64,000 nucleotides of DNA, taken from contig NC_087249.1 in NCBI RefSeq assembly GCF_037042905.1, forward strand, positions 10,170,001-10,234,000. The letters are read 5' to 3'. The stretch is from Lytechinus pictus. Its lineage: Eukaryota. The notes under the pieces were generated by a model. It made no database searches. It was given only the letters and a program-made list of their open reading frames with translations, and was not told where the DNA came from. How positions within the stretch are numbered: the stretch's first letter is position 1; every line of letters starts with the position of its first letter. Made by a program: the position numbers and the translations under genes. Below, piece after piece: positions 49,701 to 62,213 of the stretch.

Positions 49701-52700
49701 AGGCTTTCTGATTAGAATTATCGATATCCTGGCCAATCAATGCGAGTGACAAGTTCCGAACGCACGCACATAGACAAGCGCAAAGCAGCGGCACGAATCG
49801 CGGTATAATAGCGACTGGTAAATACGTCTGTAAAGATGATGACGTCATCCAAGATGGCAACTTGCGATGACCAACGAAGGAATCGAGGATGACTAAGTTT
49901 TGATCATCATTTGAAAGGAATTAGCGGTAACTGCGGTCTAAGGTACGATGTTTCTGAATTTTATATATTTTCTCGTAAGTTTGGATGTAATTATTTTTTT
50001 ATAATGTGACATTTTATGTACCAAAAACGATCCGAAAATCGGGTTTCCGCCGAATGTTAGATCTAACGTTACTGCTGCATGCTGATACGGAACCCAGGGA
50101 GCTCCGGCCCGGAAAGCGGGCCGGAGCTCCTTGGGTTACGTATCAGCTAGCCCAGGGAGCTCGCGGGCCCTGGGTTAGCTGATACGTTGTCTTTATGTAC
50201 GGGCCAACAACTCTTCAGTCTATGTATTGGTGAGTGGAGCCAACGCGGTTCAGCTGAACAACCAAAATACAGAGACTGAAGTTTTTGGTCTAGCGTTCTA
50301 TGAGAAACACACAACTAACTACCGTCAGTTTGTCAAACCTAATTGACTTCAAAGTCATCGATCACAACAAGGTAAGAAGCCACTTGGTCCTCCCCCCCCC
50401 CTCCCCTAAATTTGAGGTGGGGGCGGACCCCCCCCCCCCCCTCATATTTTTTTTTTTTTTTTTTTTTTTTTTTCCTTGTCCATTTTTTTTTTTTGCTTGT
50501 CCAATTTTTTACCTGTGACATGTGTCTATCCCAAAATTTTAGGTGGACCCCCCTAAATTTTTTTTTTCTTGGACACTGTCCCGGCCCGCGATAAGTTTCA
50601 GTATTTTTGGAGGACACCTAGTGGCATCCCTGCACTTAACCAAATAGAAAATATGAGTTTCTTGCAACACACCCTATTGAAGAAGTGTCGTGGACTCGTG
50701 GTGTAGCGGTTCTGACTCTCGCCTTGTAAATCAGAGGGTCGTATGTTTGAAACCCAGTGTGGTCTTGCACCCTATAGCAAGACATCTATCCACAATTTGC
50801 CACTCTAACACCCAGGTGTTAAATGGGTACCCGGTAGGAAGTGAAAGCCTGTGTAATATGCCTAGCAATCGAGTCTTGGAACTCTAGTTGGAATGCTCCC
50901 CAGGGAGTGGAGAAAAGGCATAGTTTGTGTTGCGGGCATGCTAGGATCCGCCGACTGGGGTAATAATAATTACAATGTAAAGCGCTTAGAAACATTAAGT
51001 ATTAAGGGCTATATAATCGTAACTATTATAATTATTGCACAATACTGCTTTGTTGTAAGAAAACAAAATATTCTCAAATGCAAACACAGGTGACTCTGCC
51101 AAAGTCAAATCTCTTGATACCAAGGAAAGCTATTCGACTTAGAAGAAATTTGACACTGAAGATTTAAATAACACATTTTTTTAATAGTCTGGGCTCCATC
51201 TTACAAAGAGTTACGATTGATCCAATCAACCACAACTATGGAAAGCCAGCAATGTCAGCATCTATTATGCATGTTTGTTGAAATATTTTCTATGATGTTT
51301 GTGGGGGCGTCGTGGTCTAGTGGTTACGAATCTCATCTTTCAATGAGAGGGGCATGGGTTCGAATCTAAGCCACGACATGTTTTCCTTCAGCAAGAAATT
51401 TATCCACATTGTGCTGCACTCAACCCAGGTGAGGTGAATGGGTACCCAACAGGATTAATTCCTTGAATGCACCAAACGCCTTTAGCAGCTGGAGCTACAG
51501 CCGGGGTAATACATAGTGCGCCATTGAATAGGACACTAGAATGGCGCCTCATAAATGCTATATTATTATCATTATTATTATGTTTTATATTCATGCATTC
51601 ATTGTTTTCTTGAAAATTCAGTGGGCTTCTCTTTGCTTACAAAAGACATCAAGCAAATTTCCTGTAGAAAAATTATGACATAGATGGATTTCCATATAAC
51701 TGAGGTTGATTGGATCAATCGTAAATCTTTGTAAGACAGGCCCCTGGTCTGCAAAATGCTTTGATTTAAGTGATTATTTGACTTATGGAAATTTGATTTA
51801 TGTAAATTCTATATTGTACAGCACTTCAGATGCGACCTTTCTATGTATTTAAATATCTTTCAGGATTGCTGCACTCCAAGAAGAGTTCATCAAGGAGAAA
51901 TCCAGCATTGCAATCCAAGAACTCGTCATTAGAAGGTGAGGGTTTGAACATTCTTGTATCTTTATCTCTATCATTGAGTTTAGTAGCAAAATACCAGGAT
52001 TGGCACATCACACTATTAAAGTTGAAGTGAAAGTGCACGATACGTGTGGAGTGGCTCTAAGTACTACCGTAATTGAAATTTATATTGTTTTTAAAAGAGA
52101 TCAAGGATAATGAGTTTACACTGTCTGCAGGGAGCTTATTCCAATCGATTATGGTTGATACAAAGAAAAAGTCCTGAAAAGCACTTGCCTTGTGACAGAT
52201 CTGTTTGATTTTTGTGTTGTGTCGATCTCTTATTTGGTTGGGTATAGTCCTGTATGTTAAGGAGAATTAATTTCTTGGAACAAGTTAGCTTGTGTGAAAA
52301 CAGAAGAAAAAAAATCAAAGAAACAAAGCAATGAAAGTTTGAAACAAATTAAACAAATAATATATTTTTTTTTTAGCATTTGATTGCTGAGATCACTACT
52401 GATGTGCACATCCTCTCATTGGCAATGCAACCAACACTGAACGGTGATGTCACACTTATACAACTCCCCAGTTACTTTTGTACAAATATTTTACATAACT
52501 TGCAATTTTATCAGTCTATCCATGTATTATCAGATGTTTTTTTCATGGGAGGACATATCATACAAGTTTCATAAAAATACATCATGAATAAAGCAATTGT
52601 ACTGTCATTAGAATGTGCAAAGCTCGTTATTTTGGGGTATAATTTCATTTTACAAAAGGGAGAGTTTTATTTGTGTGACATCACAAATCTTGGTCACATT

Positions 52701-55700
52701 GCTTATTTGAAGACCTCTGTAGCATATGTCTGTTTATCTACTAGTATTTATCTTTCTACGACAGACCACCTAATTCTGCATGACGAATTAAAATCTAGTT
52801 ATAACTTTGTTATTGTTTGTTCAATAAATCTTGAACTTTCATTAAAAAAAATTCTTTGATTTACATATCATACAAGTTTTATAAAAAATACATCATGAAT
52901 AAAGCAATTGTACTGTCATTAGAATGCGCAAAGCTCGTTATTTTGGGGGTATATTTTCAATTTACAAAAGGGAGAGTTTTATTTGTGTGACATCACAAAT
53001 CTTAGTCACATTGCTTATTTGAAGACCTCTGTAGCATATGTCTGTTTATCTACTAGTATTTATCTTTCTACGACAGACCACCTAATTCTGCATGACGAAT
53101 TAAAATCTAGTTATAACTTTGTTATTGTTTGTTCAATAAATCTTGAACTTTCATTAAAAAATTTCTTTGATTTTTCTGTTTTCATACAAATGAACTTTAT
53201 TCTCCTTTGACTTTAAAACACACTTGAACATGTATATGCCATTGGTATTCTGGATAAAGGTCTGAGAATATGCCTCAATAATCTAAAAATATAAGCCTTG
53301 TGATGATGTGATCAAATAATTTCTCAAGTGTTCAAATGACACAAATGAGGTCTACCATGACACTCTTGATATTATGAAATACATGATGCAATTCAGGGGA
53401 ATCTGTCCAAGTTGGATTTCATGCGACCACGGAAATCTGATCGGCACAGGCCTTTGATATAGAATAACAAATGTTTCGAACAATTTTTTCAATTTTTGTT
53501 GCTTTAATTTGGGGTATTATTTGATGGAAAATCAACTTTTATACAAATAGTGACTCTACTCAATCACCCTTTTATTGTTTGTGTAAATTTATCTGAACAC
53601 TATTGTTTGCACCTACATGTATTTCCCAGATCTTGAAAGGGCCATTGCCACATATGGTAAATCAGTCTTCAGACACAGACCCTGATTGAAACTTTGATGA
53701 ACACTAATGGGTCTTCAAACAAAGACTAGCACATCTAAAACTTGCTGGCCTCAGTACGCAAGGCTTTGTAGGGTGTACATTCAGACTCCTTAACTTGAGT
53801 GAAGGGTTTGCAAAGCAGACTAATGGTAAATCATAAGCATTGATTGTATTAAATATCTCTCACAAATTTGAAAGTGACTTTGTTTCTCTTCTTTGCTGTT
53901 CTTACCCCTGGTAGTGCCCAGCTTGGCTATAAATACCAGCAGCTCCTGTTCCCTGAGCAACCGGAGGCGGAAGGCCAGGAGAACCAGGAGGAGAATGGGG
54001 AGGGGGCGGAGAAGCCCTCATCTTGGGCAAAGAAGTTATGTGACAAACAGAGGGTGCTATCCTCAGACATTCTAGCCCACATCAAGACCTGTAAGGCTCT
54101 ACAAGATGAGATCGATCAGAGCAAGAAAGACACAAGGGGTAAGTGATCAGGGGCCCATTTCATAAAGAGTTGCTATCATAGCAAGTTGCTATGATAGCTA
54201 TGCTAGCAACTTTGCATTTCATAAAAGCACATTCGCTGGAAAGTCAGCTTGACTTTCCAGCTATTTATTTGAATAGTCATGTACGAGGCTGATTAGGGGG
54301 AAATCCCCTTTCTCTCCAGTTTTTTGTTTTAAATTCAAGTCATAAGTTTAGGTAGAAAGCACTGTCGGATCCAGGGGGGGGGCACAGCCGGCCCGTGGCC
54401 CCCCCCCCCCCCCACCTTTGAGAAGCAAAATTAGAAGAAAAAAAATTGAAAGAGAATATTATTATTTTTTTTTGCTTATTAATTTTTTCGGGAGTGAAAT
54501 TATTATTTAGCAGCTGCAAACAGGGTCTGCAGCATAAGACTAGCAGTTGAAGCAGAGTGATGGCTCAAGACTATGGCGATAGTTTGCAATTCTAGAAGAG
54601 AGTAAGAAGAAAATATAATTTGTCACAGGATGGCATAGCATTGTTTCTCCATTGTGTAAGTTTTCAGAGAATTGATTTAATTTAGCCCTATGCCAGGGAA
54701 AAAATTATTTTAAAAAGGGGGAAAATTTATTATTATTGCCGGTCGAAATTTCACCTTCAACAAATTTTCTACCGTACAAGTTTAATCCCAGTCCCACACT
54801 TGACTATTTGTGTCGGTAATGCAAGGTTGTATCAATATCTCCTTGGTTGTATCATCAACAAGGCAGGCGGCGGCCCACTGCTGGTGCAGTGCTGTATGAT
54901 CACCCTGAAGCAAGTAAATTTGTAGGCTCTAATTATGCATGAAACATCGAAAAATGACCTTAAAAGATTATTTTTGTTCAAAATGGAAATGATTTTTAAG
55001 TTATCGGTTTCAACAGTGAATAACCATTCAGTAAATGGATTCAACAATGCCATGCCCATGGCCACAACTTTTTTTTTTTGGAGAAAGTCAGAAACAGAAA
55101 AAAAAAGCAATCATTTTTTTATTGCATACATTCGTAATTCCGAAGCTTCATTATTCCGAAGGTTCGTTAGTCCGAAAACGAAGTGAGGTTCGTAATTCCG
55201 AAGGTTCGTTAATCCGAAAACGAAATGGTTAACGAACGTTTTTTCGTTTTCGGACTAACGAACCTTATTTCGTTTTCGGATTAACGAACCTTCGGAACAA
55301 CGAACCTTATTTCGTTTTCGAATTAACGAACCTTCGGAACATCAAACCTTATTTCGTTATCGGATTGTCGAACCTTCGGAATAACGCCACAAATGTTCGG
55401 ATTAACGAACCCTTTTACGTTTTCAGATTAACGAACATCGAGATATAGGCAATTTACGTGTTTCGGAATTACGGACCTTCGGAATTACGAAGTGTAACCT
55501 TTTATATGGCCTAGGGCTTTTTTAATTTAGGCCTTGAATTAAACACTTCCACATAATAGATCTACCTTCCTCTATTTTTTCTCACAAGAAAAAAAATTCC
55601 TCTCAATTTTTTTTTTTTTTTAATGTCTATAACCTCCCTTTTTTTCCCTTTGCCTGCCCTGGGAAAGACTGAAAAATTTGCTGTTTTGGAGGAATTTTTA

Positions 55701-58520
55701 AACATTTTTTTTTTTGGGGGGGTAGGTAGAACAAAAAAAAGAAACAGCATTTCTACTAGAAAGCATTACATTAATATTTTCTTTATTAGCATTATCACAG
55801 ACATTGCTCTAAATATCTGTTCTCTTGTAAGAGCCATTTGGGCATGCCTGAGCACAAAGTACACCATTCTTAACAATGAAAAACCCTTTACAGTGTCAAC
55901 TTGACGCTCCCCCATGACCAGCGTCAAATATTTAACCCTATTTGACGCTCCAGTAACCATACTTGTCGCTCCAGTAAAAAGTTGACGCTCCCACTGGAGC
56001 GTCAACTTTTTATGAAATGCGCTGCAGCGTCAAATATTAAATTTGACGCTGCAGGTGAAAATTTGACGCTGTTTTGGGACTTGACGCTGACGCTGTACCT
56101 TTATGAAATAGGCCCCAGGGGGCCCCCGTCTTACAAAGAGTTGCGATCGATTCGATCAACCAAAACCATGGAAAGCATGCAACGTCAACATCTAAAATGC
56201 ATGTTCAAAATATTTTAAAGATATATGATGTATATTTATACATTCATTGATTTCATGAAAATTCAGAGTGCTTCTCTTTGTTTACAAAAATTTCCTGTAG
56301 AAAAAATTATGACATTGATGCATGTCCATATAGTTCAGGTTGATCGGATCAATCAGAACTCTTTGTAAGACTGGACTGTGGAGTCCGTTTCATAAAGGGT
56401 TGCAACTGTATTAACTTTGCCATAATGGCAACCGCAATTACCATGGTAACAGGGCTTAGCAGCCAATCACAATCAAAGACTATGGTAGTTGCAACAGTGG
56501 CAAAATACCATAGTAGTATGGTAACTCTGTGAATCGGGGCCCCAGGGGCCCTGTGCAGGACAAAGTTACAATCAGACACAACTCCAGAAATCAAAATAAA
56601 CTGAATTATCGAACGTTTCTGCTTATTCCTCCTGTAATTTTGGATTTGGTACGATTCTTCATGGAACATGTTAGCCTGAATTCACAAAAGTGGCTTTGAA
56701 AACCATTAGTTGAACCCATGGTTTATGCAGATTTCATGTATATATTATGCCTTAATTCACTGCATATTTTAAAAAAAAATGTCCTATGCTGATGCATGCT
56801 TTTTATCACATTGCTCTAATTTTATGCCTGTTGTCGTGGTTAATCACGCTATTTTCATTAATGAGTCAACTGTTGAATTAATGAATCCACTGTTGAAAAC
56901 AGGGGTCTCATTTATTAAATTCAAATCAACTTATTGATGGGCGCGACTCAACCTTTCAATAAATTTCTTGTCTATTGAACTCCACACCTTTTAGTTTGGC
57001 TTACCTGACAATACATGGTCTTTGCGCCTTAATTAGATAACACCTTTGCCTCCCTCCACTTCAAATAGTGTTATTGCAGACAAATCATTCATGGATATAA
57101 GCTAAATTTATATATTTTCAACAATTATATACTAGTAACTCCTACAATAATGTAACACCCCAATTTCTTTTCTGATTTCAGAGGAGTAATAATTCTCCAT
57201 GCTCATCACCCAATCTGTTTGTTATATTCTTCCTGTTTATTCTACATGAGCAATATGATACATTATTTATAATAATTATACTTGCTTAAAGAGCGCTTCA
57301 CACTTATTTTATTAGAAGTCTCTAAGTGCTCCACAGTAATGGAGTATACAGTAATTACCCTGGCTTTAACAGAGCAGCTGTTACGCGCTTTGCATTTCTA
57401 GGAATAAATTCCTACCAGATACCCATTCACCTCAGCTACACAATGTGGATAAATTTATTGATGAAGGAAAACACGCCATGGCTTGGAATCAAACCCACGT
57501 CCCTCAGATTGAAAGACCAGTGTGGTAACCAGTAGACCACAATGCCCCCATTTTAAAATCTTGCACTTGTGATTCCTCCAGCCTGATTTCATCCTGACAA
57601 CTTTGCAACACAATCTTCTGTACTTTTATAGATGTTCAAGCTGCCAATGTTGACTTAATGAAGAAGTTACAGAGCAAGGAGAGTGCGGACAGGCAGGTAG
57701 CTGAACCAAGCAACTCTGTACGACAAGAGTAAGAAGATTATTACATTATTTCATTCACAGGGATACCATATTTTAGGGTGCAGTATTCAAGAACTGGCAG
57801 TTTTTTTCAACAAATGGCTGTAGATCGGAAAATACTGTAAATCCTGTCTATTATGACCACCCTGGGCAAACAGAAAACTGGCCACTGGAGACGGGTGGCC
57901 CTATGGTACCATGACATTTGCTCCGGCGACAATTGCTCCGATGGAAAATCTGCACGTCAATCCAAACATGAAACCTACCCTCCAAAACTAAATAAACCCT
58001 AATCCTTAACTTTACATTATTCTGAAGTAAAAACTCTATTACAATCCTAACTCTAACCCTATGCTCTCTGAGATATAAAGACAAGAACAAATGCCGCAGG
58101 AGCAATGTTTACATTTTTGTGATATATTTTGGTTTGTCAAGTTCTCGAGCATTGTGCTACAATGACAGTCCGTCTTCCGCCAGTGATTTTATGCTCAATA
58201 ATGTATACACCTGATTTATTGTCAAAACTTCTTTGTTATATTTGTGTTACCATATATTGTTAAACAGAAGAGGAGTAAATAAATAATATCGATTGAAGAT
58301 ATCAGTAATATCATGAATGGTGAATGTGTTAATCTTTCTTTCATAACGGTTTCCTTCCTATCAATGCAGGCAAGAGAAACTGGATGATCTCATCTCTCAT
58401 GTTGCCATGGAAAAGGGTATTCTTCAGGGACTTATCATCGGAAGTGGGGTCAACTGGGCAAAAGACCCGGACCTAAAGGACATAGTGATTGGGCTGGGAC
58501 AACAGCTCAAACTAGATTGA
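46572..58520 (+). CDS. CENPH: Centromere protein H (CENP-H), 6 coding exons, 269 aa
   Basis: Exons 46572-46723, 49295-49408, 51864-51935, 53915-54138, 57632-57728 and 58370-58520 all have AG/GT boundaries and compatible phases (2,2,2,1,2); total 810 nt with no internal stop. Coiled-coil-like body. The C-terminus ...KGILQGLIIGSGVNWAKDPDLKDIVIGLGQQLKLD* matches the CENP-H family signature (Q.LI.GS.VNWA.DP.L..IV..L). Confidence 0.92.
47140..48134. mobile_element. Tc1/mariner-like non-autonomous element
   Basis: TA|CAGTGTGTATCAAAAAAAAGTTTAC...GTAAACTTTTTTTTGATATGCACTG|TA. Confidence 0.88.
49295..49408 (+). CDS. CENPH: CENP-H coding exon 2
   Basis: Acceptor ctacctag|, donor AAG|GTGAGA; 114 nt open, (R)YLDWLENLKQVQSG...DIEDITT. 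Confidence 0.85.
49421..50632. mobile_element. hAT6-like element (6-bp TSD) 12 nt downstream of a CENP-H donor
   Basis: TSD CACTTA; TIRs CAGGGATGCCACT / AGTGGCATCCCTG. Contains a probable nested 9-bp-TSD-family copy at ~49713-50292. Confidence 0.88.
50680..51030 (+). mobile_element. tRNA-derived SINE
   Basis: A/B-box-like head (GTGGTGTAGCGG...TTTGAAACCC), conserved core CACCCAGGTGTTAAATGGGTACC and AT-rich tail. Related copies at ~11535-11660, 28100-28325, 51303-51580 (+) and 45790-46032, 57270-57548 (-). Confidence 0.75.
51191..51744. mobile_element. Harbinger-like MITE (CTG TSD) with a nested SINE
   Basis: CTG|GGCTCCATCTTACAAAGA...TCTTTGTAAGACAGGCCC|CTG; SINE at 51303-51580; a further copy at ~56119-56377. 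Confidence 0.75.
51864..51935 (+). CDS. CENPH: CENP-H coding exon 3
   Basis: Acceptor tctttcag|, donor AAG|GTGAGG; 72 nt, (R)IAALQEEFIKEKSSIAIQELVIR. Confidence 0.85.
52555..53170. repeat. ~310-bp near-identical direct duplication in a CENP-H intron
   Basis: 52555-52860 is repeated at 52863-53170. Confidence 0.9.
53915..54138 (+). CDS. CENPH: CENP-H coding exon 4
   Basis: Pyrimidine tract + tag acceptor, donor GG|GTAAGT; lies within ORF 53868..54146 (AQLGYKYQQLLFPEQ...SKKDTR). Confidence 0.88.
54151..56115. mobile_element. Harbinger-like element (CAG TSD) with nested MITEs
   Basis: CAG|GGGCCCATTTCATAAAG...CTTTATGAAATAGGCCC|CAG; nested TTCGGA-repeat MITE at ~55130-55499. Confidence 0.82.
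57632..57728 (+). CDS. CENPH: CENP-H coding exon 5
   Basis: Acceptor ttttatag|, donor GA|GTAAGA; (D)VQAANVDLMKKLQSKESADRQVAEPSNSVRQ. Confidence 0.85.
58370..58520 (+). CDS. CENPH: CENP-H last coding exon with the family signature
   Basis: Acceptor caatgcag|; (E)QEKLDDLISHVAMEKGILQGLIIGSGVNWAKDPDLKDIVIGLGQQLKLD-TGA. Confidence 0.93.
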
Positions 58521-59010
58521 ACTAAAGGACTATTTGAGAGAGTTCAAGTGGGTTAATTGTCACACTCTAAAGAACAAAGTGATTGGATCTGGAACAACAG
58601 TTGAAACTGGATTGAACTTGGTGGAGCTAATCATTTGGAGAGATAGATCAGAGTTGGTTAAAGGCTCCAACCTAAAGGACACAGTGATTGGACCTGGATA
58701 GTAGTTAAAACTATATTGAACTGAAGGACTATTTAAGAGAGTTCAACTGGGTTTAATGACCCTCTCCAAAGAACACAGTGATTGGACTCTGACAACAGTT
58801 CAAACTAGATGGAACTGAAGAACCGTTTTGAGTTTAAGTGGGCTTAATGTCCCACTCTAAAAAGAACATGGTAAATTGAACCTGAATGAGAGATTATCAA
58901 GATTGAATATGGTGGGACTAATCATTTGGAGTGACCAATCAAGTTGGTTAAAGGCTCCAACCTAAAGGACACCATGATTGGACCTGGACAACAGTTAAAA
59001 CTAGATTGAA
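58472..59010 (+). repeat. ~100-bp minisatellite (about 6 units) spanning the CENP-H stop codon and 3' UTR
   Basis: CTAAAG(G/A)ACA..GTGATTGG..CTGG..AACAGTT.AAACTAGATTGAAC recurs at ~58472, 58567, 58672, 58767, 58857 and 58962. Confidence 0.85.
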
Positions 59011-59469
59011 AATGTGTGACAAAGTGACATTGACTCATTTTGAGGTTTTTTTGTTGTTGGAGGTTACGTCAACCCAATTAAAGCAGTTTTCTAAAAAAAA
59101 ATAACAAAGAATCAGGACTTTTTTCAATTCAATATCAGGACCAATTGTTTGTTTTTCTTGGTGCTTAAAAAGGAACATGGGTCTTCTGTATTTGTTTTCT
59201 GAATGTGTGTGAAAATAATACAGCCAAATATGAGCTTTCTCAGTATTTGAGCACATGACATTAACCTTTTTTTGTTAGGGAGCCTTACATTTTCAGTTGT
59301 CAGTTGGCTCTCGATATATTTGATAAATGACCTTAACATTTTTTGATTTGTTCTGAAATATACTGGTAGGAGAAACTATTGTTGACCTTTTTTGTGGCCA
59401 TTTTTGTTTTGAGAGTGTAACAACACTGTTTTTAGCATGTTTAAAATGTTGATAGTCTATTTAGCACTT

Positions 59470-59819
59470 GGGTGATTCCATACGTGTCGTACGGGACATT
59501 TTGACATATTTTTGTCTCTTAGCTGAATGCTTAAGCAATACAAATTTTTTTGTCAGTGATAAAGTTATGGTGGGTTATGTTAAAAACCAATCACAATATG
59601 TTTGATTATGGGTGAATTAAAGGTGAAAATTTTGTGTCGTACAGGACTCAGAAATGTCCCGTACAACACGCAACACTTTCACCCCTAATACATCAATGGA
59701 AAACATATTTTTGCTGGTTGTCATCTTTTCATATGACTATCCAGTAGTACTTTCATATTACAACAAAACAAATTGAAAATCCTTGTTTGGACAGCAGGTT
59801 GAAGTGTTGGGAATCACCC
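59470..59819. mobile_element. MITE with 4-bp TSD
   Basis: ACTT|GGGTGATTCC...GGAATCACCC|ACTT. Confidence 0.7.
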
Positions 59820-61312
59820 ACTTGTTAGTTCTGATAATGTATGATGCAGTGACATAGACATTCTTGATTGATTTTCTTAACAAAACATCCAAAAAGTTAC
59901 ATCGGCTTAAAAAGAATCTTTGTCAAATAGTATGATTTACACATTTTGTTTGGTTGTTAAAGCATTATCACACTTGTGTTTTTTATTTTCAACATTTTCA
60001 TGCTGTTTTCACTATTGTGACATAGTGAGTCCTGAAATATGTTTTCCCCATTTACATGAATGACATACAATGAATAAAGACAAAATCAATTCCAATGATG
60101 TAAATCTTTATTAGTAAAGCATTGTTTTATTCATAAACCCAACCAATATGCACCAATCATAGTAAATATACAAGGTATAAAATTTGAGAAATTCTTCTAT
60201 ATAGATCTTTGTTTTATCTTACTACTTGCTTGTATATTTATTTTGTATAAATAAAAGTGTCATATATATACAATATCTTGAATGGTACATGTTGATACAA
60301 TTTAATTTGTCATTGTTTGGTAACATAATCTGGAAGAGATTCAAGATTCCTTAGCAGTAAGAAAGACGGTTCAATAGATCACGCAATAGTTTTCCTTACC
60401 CTTTTAAAATTGAATCACAGTGACACGTCTGCTGCGCTTCAAAATATTTTCCCCCAATTTTTTAATCATATTTCACGTTCATTTAGCAAAGATTTTACCA
60501 CTTTACATTGCAGTAAAAATTGGTGGAATATTCCGCTTGATGAAAATTTGCTTCATTTACCAATATGAGCCTATGACTTTCAAGAGTATACGATTTTCAA
60601 AAAGAATTCCTAATGAACGGAAAATCAATTTAACAGATAAATGTTAATCTGTATTCCCCTTCAATTTTTTTAAGTTTTCCTTAAAATATTAATCAAAAGT
60701 ACACAAATGTCCAGTTAAGATTAAAACTTCTTTGAATTAGGTAATGACAATATCTTATAAATATCCTTATATCAAATTTATCAACAGTGAATTACAAAAA
60801 CAGATATCTGTTCCATGCAAACCTGCACATTTTTTTTCAAACTATGAAAGATAGATACCTGCTAATGATCATAGCATTCCTTGACAAGTGAAAGACCATA
60901 CTAGAACAGTAAATTTTTATGACCACCCAATCAATTTAAGTGCAAATAACAAATTCAAAATTTCAATTCAATCTTGAATTTTTGTAATGAAATTGAGTGA
61001 GGCGACAAAAAAGAGTAACATTAAAAGGATGTGACAGTCAACTCGAGGGTCAATTGAGAGCCTAGAAATATTAGGAATAAAAAGCTCAGTTGACATTTTA
61101 AGACTAAGAAACAAATTAGTCATGTCATCAGTCTATCCTTGCAAAAAGGGAACTCGTGTTCAAATTGAAGAAACGGTAGTGAGAACTATCAATTTCTATA
61201 CATTTAAAATCTAACGATACAATGCATCAGTACTGCTGAAGATGTAATATATGAACACAAAGTTAATTTCTAATTTCTCTATTTCAGAGATCCGTGGTTT
61301 TGAGCTCTTTAA

Positions 61313-61900
61313 AGGACAAGTCCATCCCAACAAAAAATTAATTTGAATAAAAAGAGAATAATCCAACAAGCATAACACTGAAATTTTCATCAAAATCGGA
61401 TGTAAAATGAGAAAGTTATGACATTTTATAAAGTTTCGCTTAATTTTACAAAACAGTTATTTGCACATCCTGATCGGTATGCAAATGAGGAGACTGATGA
61501 CGTCATCCACTCACTATTTCTTTTGTATTTTATTATATGAAATATTCTAACTTGTGAAGTGAAACAACGATTAATTCCTCCCTGAGCATGTGGAATTGGC
61601 ATTGTTTAATACTATATGTATCAGTCAAGTTGGTCCTTATTGTCAAATCTGTAAAAAATGAAATATTGTATAATTCAAACAATAAAAAACAAAAGAAATA
61701 GTGAGTGTGGGACATCATCAACTGTCTCATTTGCATCCCATTGAAATGTGCATATCACTGTTTTGTGAAAAATAAGCAAAACTTTAAAATGTCATAACTT
61801 TCTTATTTTACATCCGATTTTGATGAAATTTTCAATTTTATGCTAGTTAGATTTTTCTCTATTTATTCAAATCAAAATTTTTCTGGGGTGGACTTGACCT
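61313..61900. mobile_element. Kolobok-like MITE (TTAA TSD), copy 4
   Basis: TTAA|AGGACAAGTCCA...TGGACTTGACCT|TTAA. Confidence 0.9.
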
Positions 61901-62213
61901 TTAACATCTTTGCTGCGCCGACATATAAGTTTAATTCCCCTGCATGAACCACATTTAGAATTGACACACATATTTGTGAAAATATAATAAAAACTATTCA
62001 ATGATTGTTTCATAGTTTGTAAACAATCAATGGTCAAGCAGCTAAAACACTCAAAGAGACCTGGGGGCCGTTCACAAAGCTGTTCGTAAGTTAAGAGCAA
62101 CTTTAAGAACGACTGGTGAACCTACCTTACGCGCTAAACCATCGCCAATGAACATGTTGGTGTATGGTATACCATTTACAAGGATCACCAGTCGTTCTTA
62201 AAGTCGCTCTTAA

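Noticed and set aside
55130..55499. CRISPR-like short repeats
   Set aside because: TTCGGA/AACGAACC subterminal repeats of a MITE in eukaryotic DNA; no unique spacers and no cas genes.
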